DNA from: Eledone cirrhosa
Lineage: Eukaryota
Assembly: GCA_964016885.1 (NCBI GenBank)
Contig: OZ024743.1
Span: forward strand, 134,106,001 to 134,170,000
DNA: 64,000 bases
Direction of reading: 5' to 3'
Below the pieces are notes generated by a model that was given only the letters and a program-made list of their open reading frames with translations, was not told where the DNA came from and did not search any database. Positions 24,201 through 36,200 of the stretch are shown piece by piece (positions within the stretch are counted from its first letter, which is position 1; each line of letters opens with the position of its first letter). The position numbers and the translations under genes were made by a program.

Positions 24201-27200
24201 TGGTGTTTGGTGCTTGGTGCTTGGTGTTTGGTGCTTGGTGCCTGGTGCATGGTGTTTGTTGCTTGGTGCTTGGTGTTTGGTGTTTGGTGCTTGGTGTTTG
24301 GTGCTTGGTGCTTGGTGTTTGGTGTTTGGTGTTTGGTGCTTGCTGCTTGCTGCTTGGTGTTTGGTGCTTGGTGATTGGTGCTTGGTGTTTGGTGCTTGGT
24401 GCTTGGTGTTTGGTGCTAGGTGCTTGGTGCTTGGTGCTTGGTGTTTGGTGTTTGGTGCTTGGTACTTGGGGCTTTGTATTTGGTGCTTGGTGCTTCGTGT
24501 TTGGTGTTTGGTGCTTGGTGCTTGGTGTTTGGTGCTTGGTGTTTGGTGCTTGGTGCTTGGTGCTGTGTGGTTGGCGTTTGGTGCTTGGTGCTTGGTGTTT
24601 GGTGCTTGGTGCTTGGTGCTTGGTGCTTGGTGCTTGGTGTTTGGTGTTTGGTGCTTGGTGCTTGGTGTTTGGTGCTTGGTGCTTGGTGATTAGTGTTTGG
24701 TGCTTGGTGCTTGGGGTTTGGTGTTTGGTGCTTGGTGCTTGGTGTTTGGTGCTTGGTGCTTGGTGTTTGGTGCTTGGTGTTTGGTGTTTGCTGTTTGGTG
24801 TTTGGTGTTTGGTGTTTGTTGTTTGCTGTTTGGTGTCTGCTTTTTGGTGTTTGGTGTTTGCTGTATGGTGTTTGCTGTTTCGTGTTTATTGTTTGCTGTT
24901 TGGTGTTTGGTGTTTGGTGTTTGGTGTTTCCTGTTTGGTCTTTAGTCTTTGGTGCTTGGTGTTCGGTGCTTGGTGCTTGGTATTTGGTGTTTGGTGTTTG
25001 GTGCTTGGTGCTTGGTGTTTGGTGCTTGGTGCTTGGTGTTTGGTGTTTGGTGCTTGGTGCTTGGTGTTTGGTGTTTGCTGTTTGCTGTTTGGTGTTTGTT
25101 GTTTGGTGTTTGTTGTTTGGTGTTTTCTGTTTGGTGTTTGGTGTTTGCTGTTTCGTGTCTGCTTTTTGGTGTTTGGTGTTTGCTGTATGTTGTTTGCTGT
25201 TTCCTGTTTGGTGTTTGGTGTTTGGTGTTTGGTGCTTGCTGCTTGGTGTTTGGTGCTTGGTGCTTGGTGTTTGGTGCCTGGTGCTTGGTGCTTGGTGCTT
25301 GGTGTTTGGTGTTTGGTGCTTGGTGCTTGGTGCTTGGTGTTTTGTGTTTGGTGTTTGGTTTTTGGTGCTTGGTCCTTGGTGTTTGGTGCTGGGTGCTTTG
25401 TGTTTGGTGCTTGGTGCTTGGTGTTTGGTGTTTGCTGCTTGGTGTTTGATGCTTGGTGCTTGGTGCTTGGTGTTTTGTGTTTGGTGCTTGGTGCTTGGTG
25501 TTTGGTGCTTGGTGCTTGGTGTTTGGTGCCTGGTGCTTGGTGCTTGGTGCTTGGTCCTTGGTGTTTGGTGCTGGGTGCTTGGTGTTTGATGCTTGGTGCT
25601 TGGTGTCTGGTGCTTGGTGCTTGGTGTTTGGTGCTTGGTGCTGGTTGGTTGGTGTTTGGTGCTTGGTGTTTGGTGCTGGGTGCTTGGTGTTTCGTGCTTG
25701 GTGCTTGGTCTTTGGTGCTTGGTGTTTGGTGTTTGGTGCTTGGTGCTTGGTGTTTGGTGCTTGGTGCTTGGTGTTTAGTTCTTGGTGCTTAGTGTTTGGT
25801 GCTAGGTGCTTGGGGTTTGGTGTTTGGTGCTTGGTGTTTGGTGCTTGGTGCTTGGTGTTTGGTGCTTGGTACTTGGTGCTTGGTGCTTGGTGTTAGGTGT
25901 TTGGTGCTTGGTGTTTGGTGTCTGGTTTTTGGTGCTTGGTGCTTGGTGTTTGGTGCTTGCTGCTGGCTGCTTGGTGTTTGGTGCTTGGTGATTGGTGCTT
26001 GGTGTTTGGTGCTTGGTGTTTGGTGTTTGGTGCTAGATGCTTGGTGTTTTGTGCTTGGTGCTTGGTGTTTGTACTTGGTGCTTGGTGCTTGGTTCTTGGT
26101 GTTTGGGGCTTGGTGCTTGGTGTTTGGTGCTTGGTGCTTGGTGTTTGGTGCTTGGTGTTTGGTGCTTGGTGCTTGGTGCTTGGTGTTTGTACTTGGTGCT
26201 TGGTGCTTGGTGTTTGGTTCTTGGTTCTTGGTGTTTGGTACTTGGTGCTTGGTGCTTGGTGCTTGATGTTTGGTGTTTGGTGGTTGGTGTTTGGTGCTTG
26301 GTGCTTGGTGCTTGGTGTTAGGTGTTTGGTGCTTGGTCCTTGGTGTTTGGTGCTTGGTGTTTGGTGTTTGCTGTCTGCTTTTTGGTGTTTAGTGTTTGCT
26401 GTATGGTGTTTGGTGTTTGCTGTTTGGTGTTTGGTCTTTGGTGCTTGGTGTTTGGTGCTTGGTGCTTGGTGTTTGGTGTTTGGTGCTTGGTGCTTGGTGT
26501 TTGGTGTTATATGCTTGGTGTTTGATGCTTGGTGCTTGGTGCTTGGTGTTTGGTGTTTGGTGTTTGTACTTGGTGCTTGGTGCTTGGTGCTTGGTGTTTG
26601 GTGCTTGGTGTTTGGTGCTTGGTGCTTGGTGCTTGGTGCTTGGTGCTTGGTGTTTGGTGGTTGGTGTTTGGTGCTTGGTGTTAGGTGTTTGGTGCTTGGT
26701 GCTTGGTGTTTGGTGCTTGGTGTTTGGTGTTTGGTGCTTGGTGTTTGGTGCTTGGTACTTGGTGCTTGGTGCTTGGTGTTAGGTGTTTGTTGCTTGGTGT
26801 TTGGTGCTTGGTGTTTGGTGCTTGGTGCTTGGTGCTTGGTGCTTGGTGTTTGGTGGTTGGTGTTTGGTGCTTGGTGTTAGGTGTTTGGTGCTTGGTGCTT
26901 GGTGTTTGGTGTTTGGTGCTTGGTGTTTGGTGTTTGGTGCTTGGTGTTTGGTGCTTTTTGCTTGGTGCTTGGTGCTTGGTGTTTGGTGCTTGGTTCTTGG
27001 TGTTTGGTGCTGGGTGCTTGGTGTTTGGTGTTTGGTGTTATATGCTTGGTGTTTGATGCTTGGTGCTTGGTGCTTGGTGTTTGCTGTATGTTGTTTGCTG
27101 TTTGGTGTTTGGTGTTTGGTGTTTCGTGCTTGGTGTTTGGTGCTTGGTGCTTGGTGTTTGGTGCCTGGTGCTTGGTGCTTGGTGCTTGGTGTTTGGTGTT

Positions 27201-30200
27201 TGGTGCTTGGTGCTTGGAGTTTGGTGTTTGGTGCTTGGTGCTTGGTGTTTCGTGTTTCGTGTTTGGTTTTTGGTGCTTGGTGCTTGGTGCTTGGTCCTTG
27301 GTGTTTGGTGTTTGCTGCTTGGTTTTTGATGCTTGGTGCTTGGTGCTTGGTGTTTTGTGTTTGGTGCTTGGTGCTTGGTGTTTGGTGCTTGGTGCTTGGT
27401 GCTTGGTGTTTGTACTTGGTGCTTGGTGTTTGGTTCTTGGTTCTTGGTGTTTGGTGTTTGGCGTTTGCTGTTTGGTGCTTGGTGCTTGGTGTTTGGTGCT
27501 TGGTGCTTGGTGTTTGGTGCCTGGTGCTTGGTGCTTGGTGTTTGGTGTTTGGTGCTTGGTGCTTGGTGCTTGGAGTTTGGTGTTTGGTGATTGGTGCTTT
27601 GTGTTTTGTGTTTGGTGTTTGGTTTTTGGTGCTTGGTGCTTGGTCCTTGGTGTTTGGTGCTGGGTGCTTTGTGTTTGGTGCTTGGTGCTTGATGTTTGGT
27701 GTTTGCTGCTTGGTGTTTGATGCTTGGTGCTTGGTGCTTGGTGTTTTGTGTTTGGTGCTTGTTTCTTGGTGTATGGTGCTTGGTGCTTGGTACTTGGTGT
27801 TTGTACTTGGTGCTTGGTGCTTGGTGTTTGGTTCTTGGTTCTTGGTGTTTGGTACTTGGTGCTTCGTGCTTGATGTTTGGTGTTTGGTGCTTGGTGTTTG
27901 GTGCTTGGTGCTTGGTGCTTGGTGTTAGGTGTTTGGTGCTTGGTCTTTGGTGTTTGGTGCTTGGTGTTTGGTGTTTGCTATTTGGTGTTTGGTGTTTGGT
28001 GTTTGGTGTTTGCTGTTTGGTGTCTGCTTTTTGGTGTTCAGTGTTTGCTGTATGTTGTTTGGTGTTTGCTGTTTGGTGTTTGGTCTTTGGTGCTTGGTGT
28101 TTGGTGCTTGGTGCTTGTTGTTTGGTGTTTGGTGCTTGGTGCTTGGTGTTTGGTGTTTGGTGCTTGGTGTTTGGTGTTTGGTGCTTGGTGTCTGGTGCTT
28201 GGTGTTTGGTTTTTGGTGCTTGGTGTTTGGTGTTTGGTGTTTGGTGTTTGGTGCTTGGTGCTTGGTGTTTGGTGTTTGGTGCTTGGTGTCTGGTGCTTGG
28301 TGCTTGGTGCTTGGTGCTTGGTGTTTGGTGTTTGGTGCTTGGTGTTTGGTGCTTGGTGCTGGGTGGTTGGTGTTTGGTGCTTGGTGTTTGGTGCTGGGTG
28401 CTTGGTGTTTGGTGCTGGGTGCTTGGTGTTTGGTGCTTGGTGCTTGGTCTTTGGTGCTTGGTGTTTGGTGCTTGGTGCTTGGTGCTTGGTGTTTGGTGCT
28501 TGGTGCTTGGTGTTTGGTGCTTGGTGCTTGGTGTTTGGTTTTTGGTGCTTGGTGCTTGGTGTTTGGTGTTTGGTGCTTGCTGCTGGCTGCTTGGTGTTTG
28601 ATGCATGGTGATTGGTGCTTGGTGTTTGGTGCTTGGTGTTTGGTGTTTGATGCTTGGTGCTTGGTGCTTGGTGTTTGGTGCTTGGTGCTTGGTGTTTGGT
28701 GCTTGGTGCTTGGTGTTTGGTGCTTGGTGTTTGGTGCTTGGTGTTTGGTGCTTGGTGCTTGGTGCTTGGTGCTTGGTGTTTGGTGGTTGGTGCTTGGTGC
28801 TTGGTGTTAGGTGTTTGGTGCTTGGTGCTTGGTGTTTGGTGTTTGGTTCTTGGTGTTTGGTGTTTGGTGCTTGGTGTTTGGTGCTTGGTACTTGGTGCTT
28901 GGTGCTTGGTGTTAGGTATTTGGTGCTTGGTGCTTGGTGTCTGGTTTTTGGTGCTTGGTGCTTGGTGTTTGCTGTTTGGTGCTTGCTGCTGGCTGCTTGG
29001 TGTTTGGTGCTTGGTGATTGGTGCTTGGTGTTTGGTGCTTGGTGTTTGGTGTTTGGTGCTTGGTGATTGGTGTTTGTACTTGGTGCTTGGTGCTTGGTTC
29101 TTGGTGTTTGGTGCTTGGTGCTTGGTGTTTGGTGTTATATGCTTGGTGTTTGATGCTTGGTGCTTGGTGCTCGGTGTTTGGTGTTTGGTGTTTGATGCTT
29201 GGTGCTTGGTGTTTGGTGCTTGGTGCTTGGTGTTTGTACTTGGTGCTTGGTGCTTGGTGCTTGGTGTTTGGTGCTTGGTGCTTGGTACTTGGTCCTTGGT
29301 GCTTGGTGTTTGGTGGTTGGTGTTTTTGTGCTTGGTGTTAGGTGTTTGGTACTTGGTGCTTGGTGTTTGGTGTTTGGTGCTTGGTGTTTGGTGTTTGGTG
29401 CTTGGTATTTGGTGCTTGGTACTTGGTGCTTGGTGCTTGGTGTTTGGTGCTGGGTGCTTGGTGCTTGGTGTTTGGTGTTATATGCTTGGTGTTTGATGCT
29501 TGGTGCTTGGTGCTTGGTGTTTGGTGTTTGGTGCTTGGTGTTTGATGCTTGGTGCTTGGTGCTTGGTGTTTGGTGCTTGGTGCTTGGTGTTTGGTGCTTG
29601 GTGCTTGGTGTTTGGTGCTTGGTGTTTGGTGCTTGGTGTTTGGTGCTTGGTGCTTGGTGCTTGGTGCTTGGTGTTTGGTGGTTGGTGCTTGGTGCTTGGT
29701 GTTAGGTGTTTGGTGCTTGGTGTTTGTACTTGGTGTTTGGTGCTTGGTGTTTGGTGCTAGGTGCTTGGTGTTTGGTGCTTGGTGCTTGGTGTTTGGTGTC
29801 TGGTTTTTGGTGCTTGGTGCTTGGTGTTTGGTGCTTGTTGCTGGCTGCTTGGTGTTTGGTGCTTGGTGATTGGTGCTTGGTGTTTGGTGCTTGGTGTTTG
29901 GTGTTTGGTGCTTGGTGTTTGTACTTGGTGTTTGGTGCTTGGTGTTTGGTGCTAGGTGCTTGGTGTTTGGTGCTTGGTGCTTGGTGTTTGGTGCCTGGTG
30001 CTTGGTGTTTGGTGTTTGGTGTTTGGTGCTTGGTGCTTGGTGTTTGGTGTTTGCTGTTTGCTGTTTGGTGTTTGTTGTTTGGTGTTTGTTGTTTGGTGTT
30101 TGCTGTTTGGTGTTTGGTGTTTGCTTTTTGGTGTTTGGTGTTTGATGTATGTTGTTTGCTGTTTGGTGTTTGGTGTTTGGTGTTTGGTGCTTGGTGCTTG

Positions 30201-33200
30201 GTGTTTGGTGCTTGGTGCTTAGTGTTTGGTGCCTGGTGCTTGGTGTTTGGTGTTTGGTGCTTGGTGCTTGGAGTTTGGTGCTTGGTGTTTGGTGCTTGGT
30301 GCTTGGTGCTTGGTGCTTGGTGTTTGGTGCTTGGTGTTTGGTGCTTGGTGTTAGGTGTTTGGTGCTTGGTGCTTGGTGTTTGGTGTTTGGTGCTTGGTGT
30401 TTGGAGTTTGGTGCTTGGTGTTTGGTGCTTTTTGCTTGGTGCTTGGTGCTTGGTGTTTGGTGCTGGGTGCTTGGTGCTTGGTGTTTGGTGTTATATGCTT
30501 GGTGTTTGATGCTTGGTGCTTGGTGCTTGGTGTTTGGTGTTTGGTGCTTGGTGTTTGATGCTTGGTGCTTGGTGCTTGGTGTTTGGTGCTTGGTGCTTGG
30601 TGTTTGGTGCTTGGTGCTTGGTGTTTGGTGCTTGGTGTTTGGTGCTTGGTGTTTGGTGCTTGGTGCTTGGTGCTTGGTGCTTGGTGTTTGGTGGTTGGTG
30701 CTTGGTGCTTGGTGTTAGGTGTTTGGTGCTTGGTGCTTGGTGTCTGGTTTTTGGTGCTTGGTGCTTGGTGTTTGGTGCTTGTTGCTGGCTGCTTGGTGTT
30801 TGGTGCTTGGTGATTGGTGCTTGGTGTTTGGTGCTTGGTGTTTGGTGTTTGGTGCTTGGTGTTTGTACTTGGTGTTTGGTGCTTGGTGTTTGGTGCTAGG
30901 TGCTTGGTGTTTGGTGCTTGGTGCTTGGTGTTTGGTGCCTGGTGCTTGGTGTTTGGTGTTTGGTTTTTGGTGCTTGGTGCTTGGTGTTTGGTGTTTGCTG
31001 CTTGGTGTTTGATGCTTGGTGCTTGGTGCTTGGTGTTTTGTGTTTGGTGCTTGGTGGTTGGTGCTTGGTGTTTGGTGCTTGGTGCTTGGTGCTTGGTGTT
31101 TTGTGTTTGGTGCTTGGTGCTTGGTGTTCGGTGCTTGGTGCTGGGTGGTTGGTGTTTGGTGCTTGGTGTTTGGTGCTGGGTGCTTGGTGTTTGGTGCTGG
31201 GTGCTTGGTGTTTGGTGCTTGGTGCTTGGTGTTTGGTGCTTGGTGCTGGGTGGTTGGTGTTTGGTGCTTGGTGTTTGGTGCTGGGTGCTTGGTGTTTGGT
31301 GCTGGGTGCTTGGTGTTTGGTGCTTGGTGCTTGGTCTTTGGTGCTTGGTGTTTGGTGCTTGGTGCTTGGTGCTTGGTGTTTGGTGCTTGGTGCTTGGTGT
31401 TTGGTGCTTGGTGCTTGGTGTTTGGTTTTTGGTGCTTGGTGCTTGGTGTTTGGTGTTTGGTGCTTGCTGCTGGCTGCTTGGTGTTTGATGCATGGTGATT
31501 GGTGCTTGGTGTTTGGTGCTTGGTGTTTGGTGTTTGATGCTTGGTGCTTGGTGCTTGGTGTTTGGTGCTTGGTGCTTGGTGTTTGGTGCTTGGTGCTTGG
31601 TGTTTGGTTTTTGGTGCTTGGTGCTTGGTGTTTGGTGTTTGGTGCTTGCTGCTGGCTGCTTGGTGTTTGATGCATGGTGATTGGTGCTTGGTGTTTGGTG
31701 CTTGGTGTCTGGTGTTTGATGCTTGGTGCTTGGTGCTTGGTGTTTGGTGCTTGGTGCTTGGTGTTTGGTGCTTGGTGCTTGGTGTTTGGTGCTTGGTGTT
31801 TGGTGCTTGGTGTTTGGTGCTTGGTGCTTGGTGCTTGGTGCTTGGTGTTTGGTGGTTGGTGCTTGGTGCTTGGTGTTAGGTGTTTGGGGCTTGGTGCTTG
31901 GTGTTTGGTGTTTGGTGCTTGGTGTTTGGAGTTTGGTGCTTGGTGTTTGGTGCTTGGTACTTGGTGCTTGGTGCTTGGTGTTAGGTGTTTGGTGCTTGGT
32001 GCTTGCTGTCTGGTTTTTGGTGCTTGGTGCTTGGTGTTTGGTGTTTGGTGCTTGCTGCTGGCTGCTTGGTGTTTGGTGCTTGGTGATTGGTGCTTGGTGT
32101 TTGGTGCTTGGTGTTTGGTGTTTGGTGCTTCGTGTTTGGTGTTTGTACTTGGTGCTTGGTGCTTGGTTCTTGGTGTTTGGTGCTTGGTGCTTGGTGTTTG
32201 GTGTTATATGCTTGGTGTTTGATGCTTGGTGCTTGGTGCTTGGTGTATGGTGTTTGGTGTTTGATGCTTGGTGCTTGGTGTTTGGTGCTTGGTGCTTGGT
32301 GTTTGTACTTGGTGCTTGGTGCTTGCTGCTTGGTGTTTGGTGCTTGGTGCTTGGTGCTTGGTCCTTGGTGCTTGGTGTTTGGTGGTTGGTGTTTGGTGCT
32401 TGGTGTTAGGTGTTTGGTGCTTGGTGCTTGGTGTTTGGTGTTTGGTGCTTGGTGTTTGGTGTTTGGTGCTTGGTATTTGGTGCTTGGTACTTGGTGCTTG
32501 GTGCTTGGTGTTAGGTGTTTCGTGCTTGGTGTTTGGTGCTTGGTGTTTGGTGCTTGGTGTTTGGTGCTTGGTGTTAGGTGTTTGGTGCTTGGTGCTTGGT
32601 GTTTGGTGCTTGGTGTTTGGTGTTTGGTGCTTGGTGTTTGGTGCTTTTTGCTTGGTGCTTGGTGCTTGGTGTTTGGTGCTGGGTGCTTGGTGCTTGGTGT
32701 TTGGTGTTATATGCTTGGTGTTTGATGCTTGGTGCTTGGTGCTTGGTGTTTGGTGTTTGGTTCTTGGTGTTTGATGCTTGGTGCTTGGTGCTTGGTGTTT
32801 GGTGCTTGGTGCTTGGTGTTTGGTGCTTGGTGCTTGGTGTTTGGTGCTTGGTGTTTGGTGCTTGGTGTTTGGTGCTTGGTGCTTGGTGCTTGGTGCTTGG
32901 TGTTTGGTGGTTGGTGCTTGGTGCTTGGTGTTAGGTGTTTGGTGCTTGGTGCTTGGTGTCTGGTTTTTGGTGCTTGGTGCTTGGTGTTTGGTGCTTGTTG
33001 CTGGCTGCTTGGTGTTTGGTGCTTGGTGATTGGTGCTTGGTGTTTGGTGCTTGGTGTTTGGTGTTTGGTGCTTGGTGTTTGTACTTGGTGTTTGGTGCTT
33101 GGTGTTTGGTGCTAGGTGCTTGGTGTTTGGTGCTTGGTGCTTGGTGTTTGGTGCCTGGTTCTTGGTGTTTGGTGTTTGGTGTTTGGTGCTTGGTGCTTGG

Positions 33201-36200
33201 TGTTTGGTGTTTGCTGTTTGCTGTTTGGTGTTTGTTGTTTAGTGTTTGTTGTTTGGTGTTTGCTGTTTGGTGTTTGGTGTTTGCTTTTTGGTGTTTGGTG
33301 TTTGATGTATGTTGTTTGCTGTTTGGTGTTTGGTGTTTGGTGCTTGGTGCTTGGTGTTTGGTGCTTGGTGCTTGGTGTTTGGTGCCTGGTGCTTGGTGTT
33401 TGGTGTTTGGTGCTTGGTGCTTGGAGTTTGGTGTTTGGTGCTTGGTGCTTGGTGTTTCGTGTTTCGTGTTTGGTGCTTGGTGCTTGGTGCTTGGTCCTTG
33501 GTGTTTGGTGCTGGATGCATTGTGTTTGGTGCTTGGTGCTTGGTGCTTGGTGCTTGGTGTTTGGTGCTTGGTGCTTGGTGTTTGGTGCCTGGTGCTTGGT
33601 GTTTGGTGTTTGGTGCTTGGTGCTTGGAGTTTGGTGTTTGGTGCTTGGTGCTTGGTGTTTCGTGTTTCGTGTTTGGTGCTTGGTGCTTGGTGCTTGGTCC
33701 TTGGTGTTTGGTGCTGGGTGCATTGTGCTTGGTGTTTTGTGTTTGGTGCTTGGTGGTTGGTGCTTGGTGTTTGGTGCTTGGTGCTTGGTGCTTGGTGTTT
33801 TGTGTTTGGTGCTTGGTGCTTGGTGTTTGGTGCTTGGTGCTGGGTGGTTGGTGTTTGGTGCTTGGTGTTTGGTGCTGGGTGCTTGGTGTTTGGTGCTGGG
33901 TGCTTGGTGTTTGGTGCTTGGTGCTTGGTGTTTGGTGCTTGGTGCTGGGTGGTTGGTGTTTGGTGCTTGGTGTTTGGTGCTGGGTGCTTGGTGTTTGGTG
34001 CTGGGTGCTTGGTGTTTGGTGCTTGGTGTTTGGTCTTTGGTGCTTGGTGTTTGGTGCTTGGTGCTTGGTGCTTGGTGTTTGGTGCTTGGTGCTTGGTGTT
34101 TGGTGCTTGGTGCTTGGTGTTTGGTTTTTGGTGCTTGGTGCTTGGTGTTTGGTGTTTGGTGCTTGCTGCTGGCTGCTTGGTGTTTGATGCATGGTGATTG
34201 GTGCTTGGTGTTTGGTGCTTGGTGTTTGGTGTTTGATGCTTGGTGCTTGGTGCTTGGTGTTTGGTGCTTGGTGCTTGGTGTTTGGTGCTTGGTGCTTGGT
34301 GTTTCGTGCTTGGTGTTTGGTGCTTGGTGTTTGGTGCTTGGTGCTTGGTGCTTGGTGCTTGGTGTTTGGTGGTTGGTGCTTGGTGCTTGGTGTTAGGTGT
34401 TTGGTGCTTGGTGCTTGGTGTTTGGTGTTTGGTGCTTGGTGTTTGGTGTTTGGTGCTTGGTGTTTGGTGCTTGGTACTTGGTGCTTGGTGCTTGGTGTTA
34501 GGTGTTTGGTGCTTGGTGCTTGGTGTCTGGTTTTTGGTGCTTGGTGCTTGGTGTTTGGTGTTTGGTGCTTGCTGCTGGCTGCTTGGTGTTTGGTGCTTGG
34601 TGATTCGTGCTTGGTGTTTGGTGCTTGGTGTTTGGTGTTTGGTGCTTGGTGATTGGTGTTTGTACTTGGTGCTTGGTGCTTGGTTATTGGTGTTTGGTGC
34701 TTGGTGCTTGGTGTTTGGTGTTATATGCTTGGTGTTTGATGCTTGGTGCTTGGTGCTTGGTGTTTGGTGTTTGGTGTTTGATGCTTGGTGCTTGGTGTTT
34801 GGTGCTTGGTGCTTGGTGTTTGTACTTGGTGCTTGGTGCTTGGTGCTTGGTGTTTGGTGCTTAGTGCTTGGTGCTTGGTGCTTGGTCCTTGGTGCTTGGT
34901 GTTTGGTGGTTGGTGTTTGGTGCTTGGTGTTAGGTGTTTGGTGCTTGGTGCTTGGTGTTTGGTGTTTGGTGCTTGGTGTTTGGTGTTTGGTGCTTGGTGT
35001 TTGGTGCTTGGTACTTGGTGCTTGGTGCTTGGTGTTAGGTGTTTGGTGCTTGGTGTTTGGTGATTGGTGTTTGGTGCTTGGTGTTTGGTGTTTGATGCTT
35101 GGTGCTTGGTGCTTGGTGTTTGGTGCTTGGTGCTTGGTGTTTGGTGCTTGGTGCTTGGTGTTTGGTTTTTGGTGCTTGGTGCTTGGTGTTTGGTGTTTGG
35201 TGCTTGCTGCTGGCTGCTTGGTGTTTGATGCATGGTGATTGGTGCTTGGTGTTTGGTGCTTGGTGTTTGGTGTTTGATGCTTGGTGCTTGGTGCTTGGTG
35301 TTTGGTGCTTGGTGCTTGGTGTTTGGTGCTTGGTGCTTGGTGTTTGGTGCTTGGTGTTTGGTGCTTGGTGTTTGGTGTTTGGTGCTTGGTGTTTGGTGCT
35401 TGGTGCTTGGTGCTTGGTGCTTGGTGTTTGGTGTTTGGTGTTTGGTGCTTGGTGTCTGGTGCTTGGTGTTTGGTGTTTGGTGCTTGGTGTTTGGTGTTTG
35501 GTGTTTGGTGCTTGGTGCTTGGTGCTTGGTGTTTGGTGTTTGGTGCTTGGTGCTTGGTGTTTGGTGCTTGGTGCTGGGTGGTTGGTGTTTGGTGCTTGGT
35601 GTTAGGTGCTGGGTGCTTGGTGTTTGGTGCTGGGTGCTTGGTATTTGGTGCTTGGTGCTTGGTCTTTGGTGCTTGGTGTTTGGTGCTTGGTGCTTGGTGT
35701 TTGGTGCTTGGTGCTTGGTGTTTGGTGCTTGGTGCTTGGTGTTTGGTTTTTGGTGCTTGGTGCTTGGTGTTTGGTGTTTGGTGCTTGCTGCTGGCTGCTT
35801 GGTGTTTGATGCATGGTGATTGGTGCTTGCTGTTTGGTGCTTGGTGTTTGGTGTTTGGTGTTATATGCTTGGTGTTTGATGCTTGGTGCTTGGTGCTTGG
35901 TGTTTGGTGTTTGGTGTTTGATGCTTGGTGCTTGGTGTTTGGTGCTTGGTGCTTGGTGTTTGTACTTGGTGCTTGGTGCTTGGTGCTTGGTGTTTGGTGC
36001 TTGGTGCTTGGTGCTTGGTGCTTGGTCCTTGGTGCTTGGTGCTTGGTGTTTGGTGCTTGGTGCTTGGTGCTTGGTGCTTGGTGTTTGGTGGTTGGTGTTT
36101 GGTGCTTGGTGTTTGGTGCTTGGTGTTAGGTGTTTGGTGCTTGGTGCTTGGTGTTTGGTGTTTGGTGCTTGGTGTTTGGTGTTTGGTGCTTGGTGTTTGG

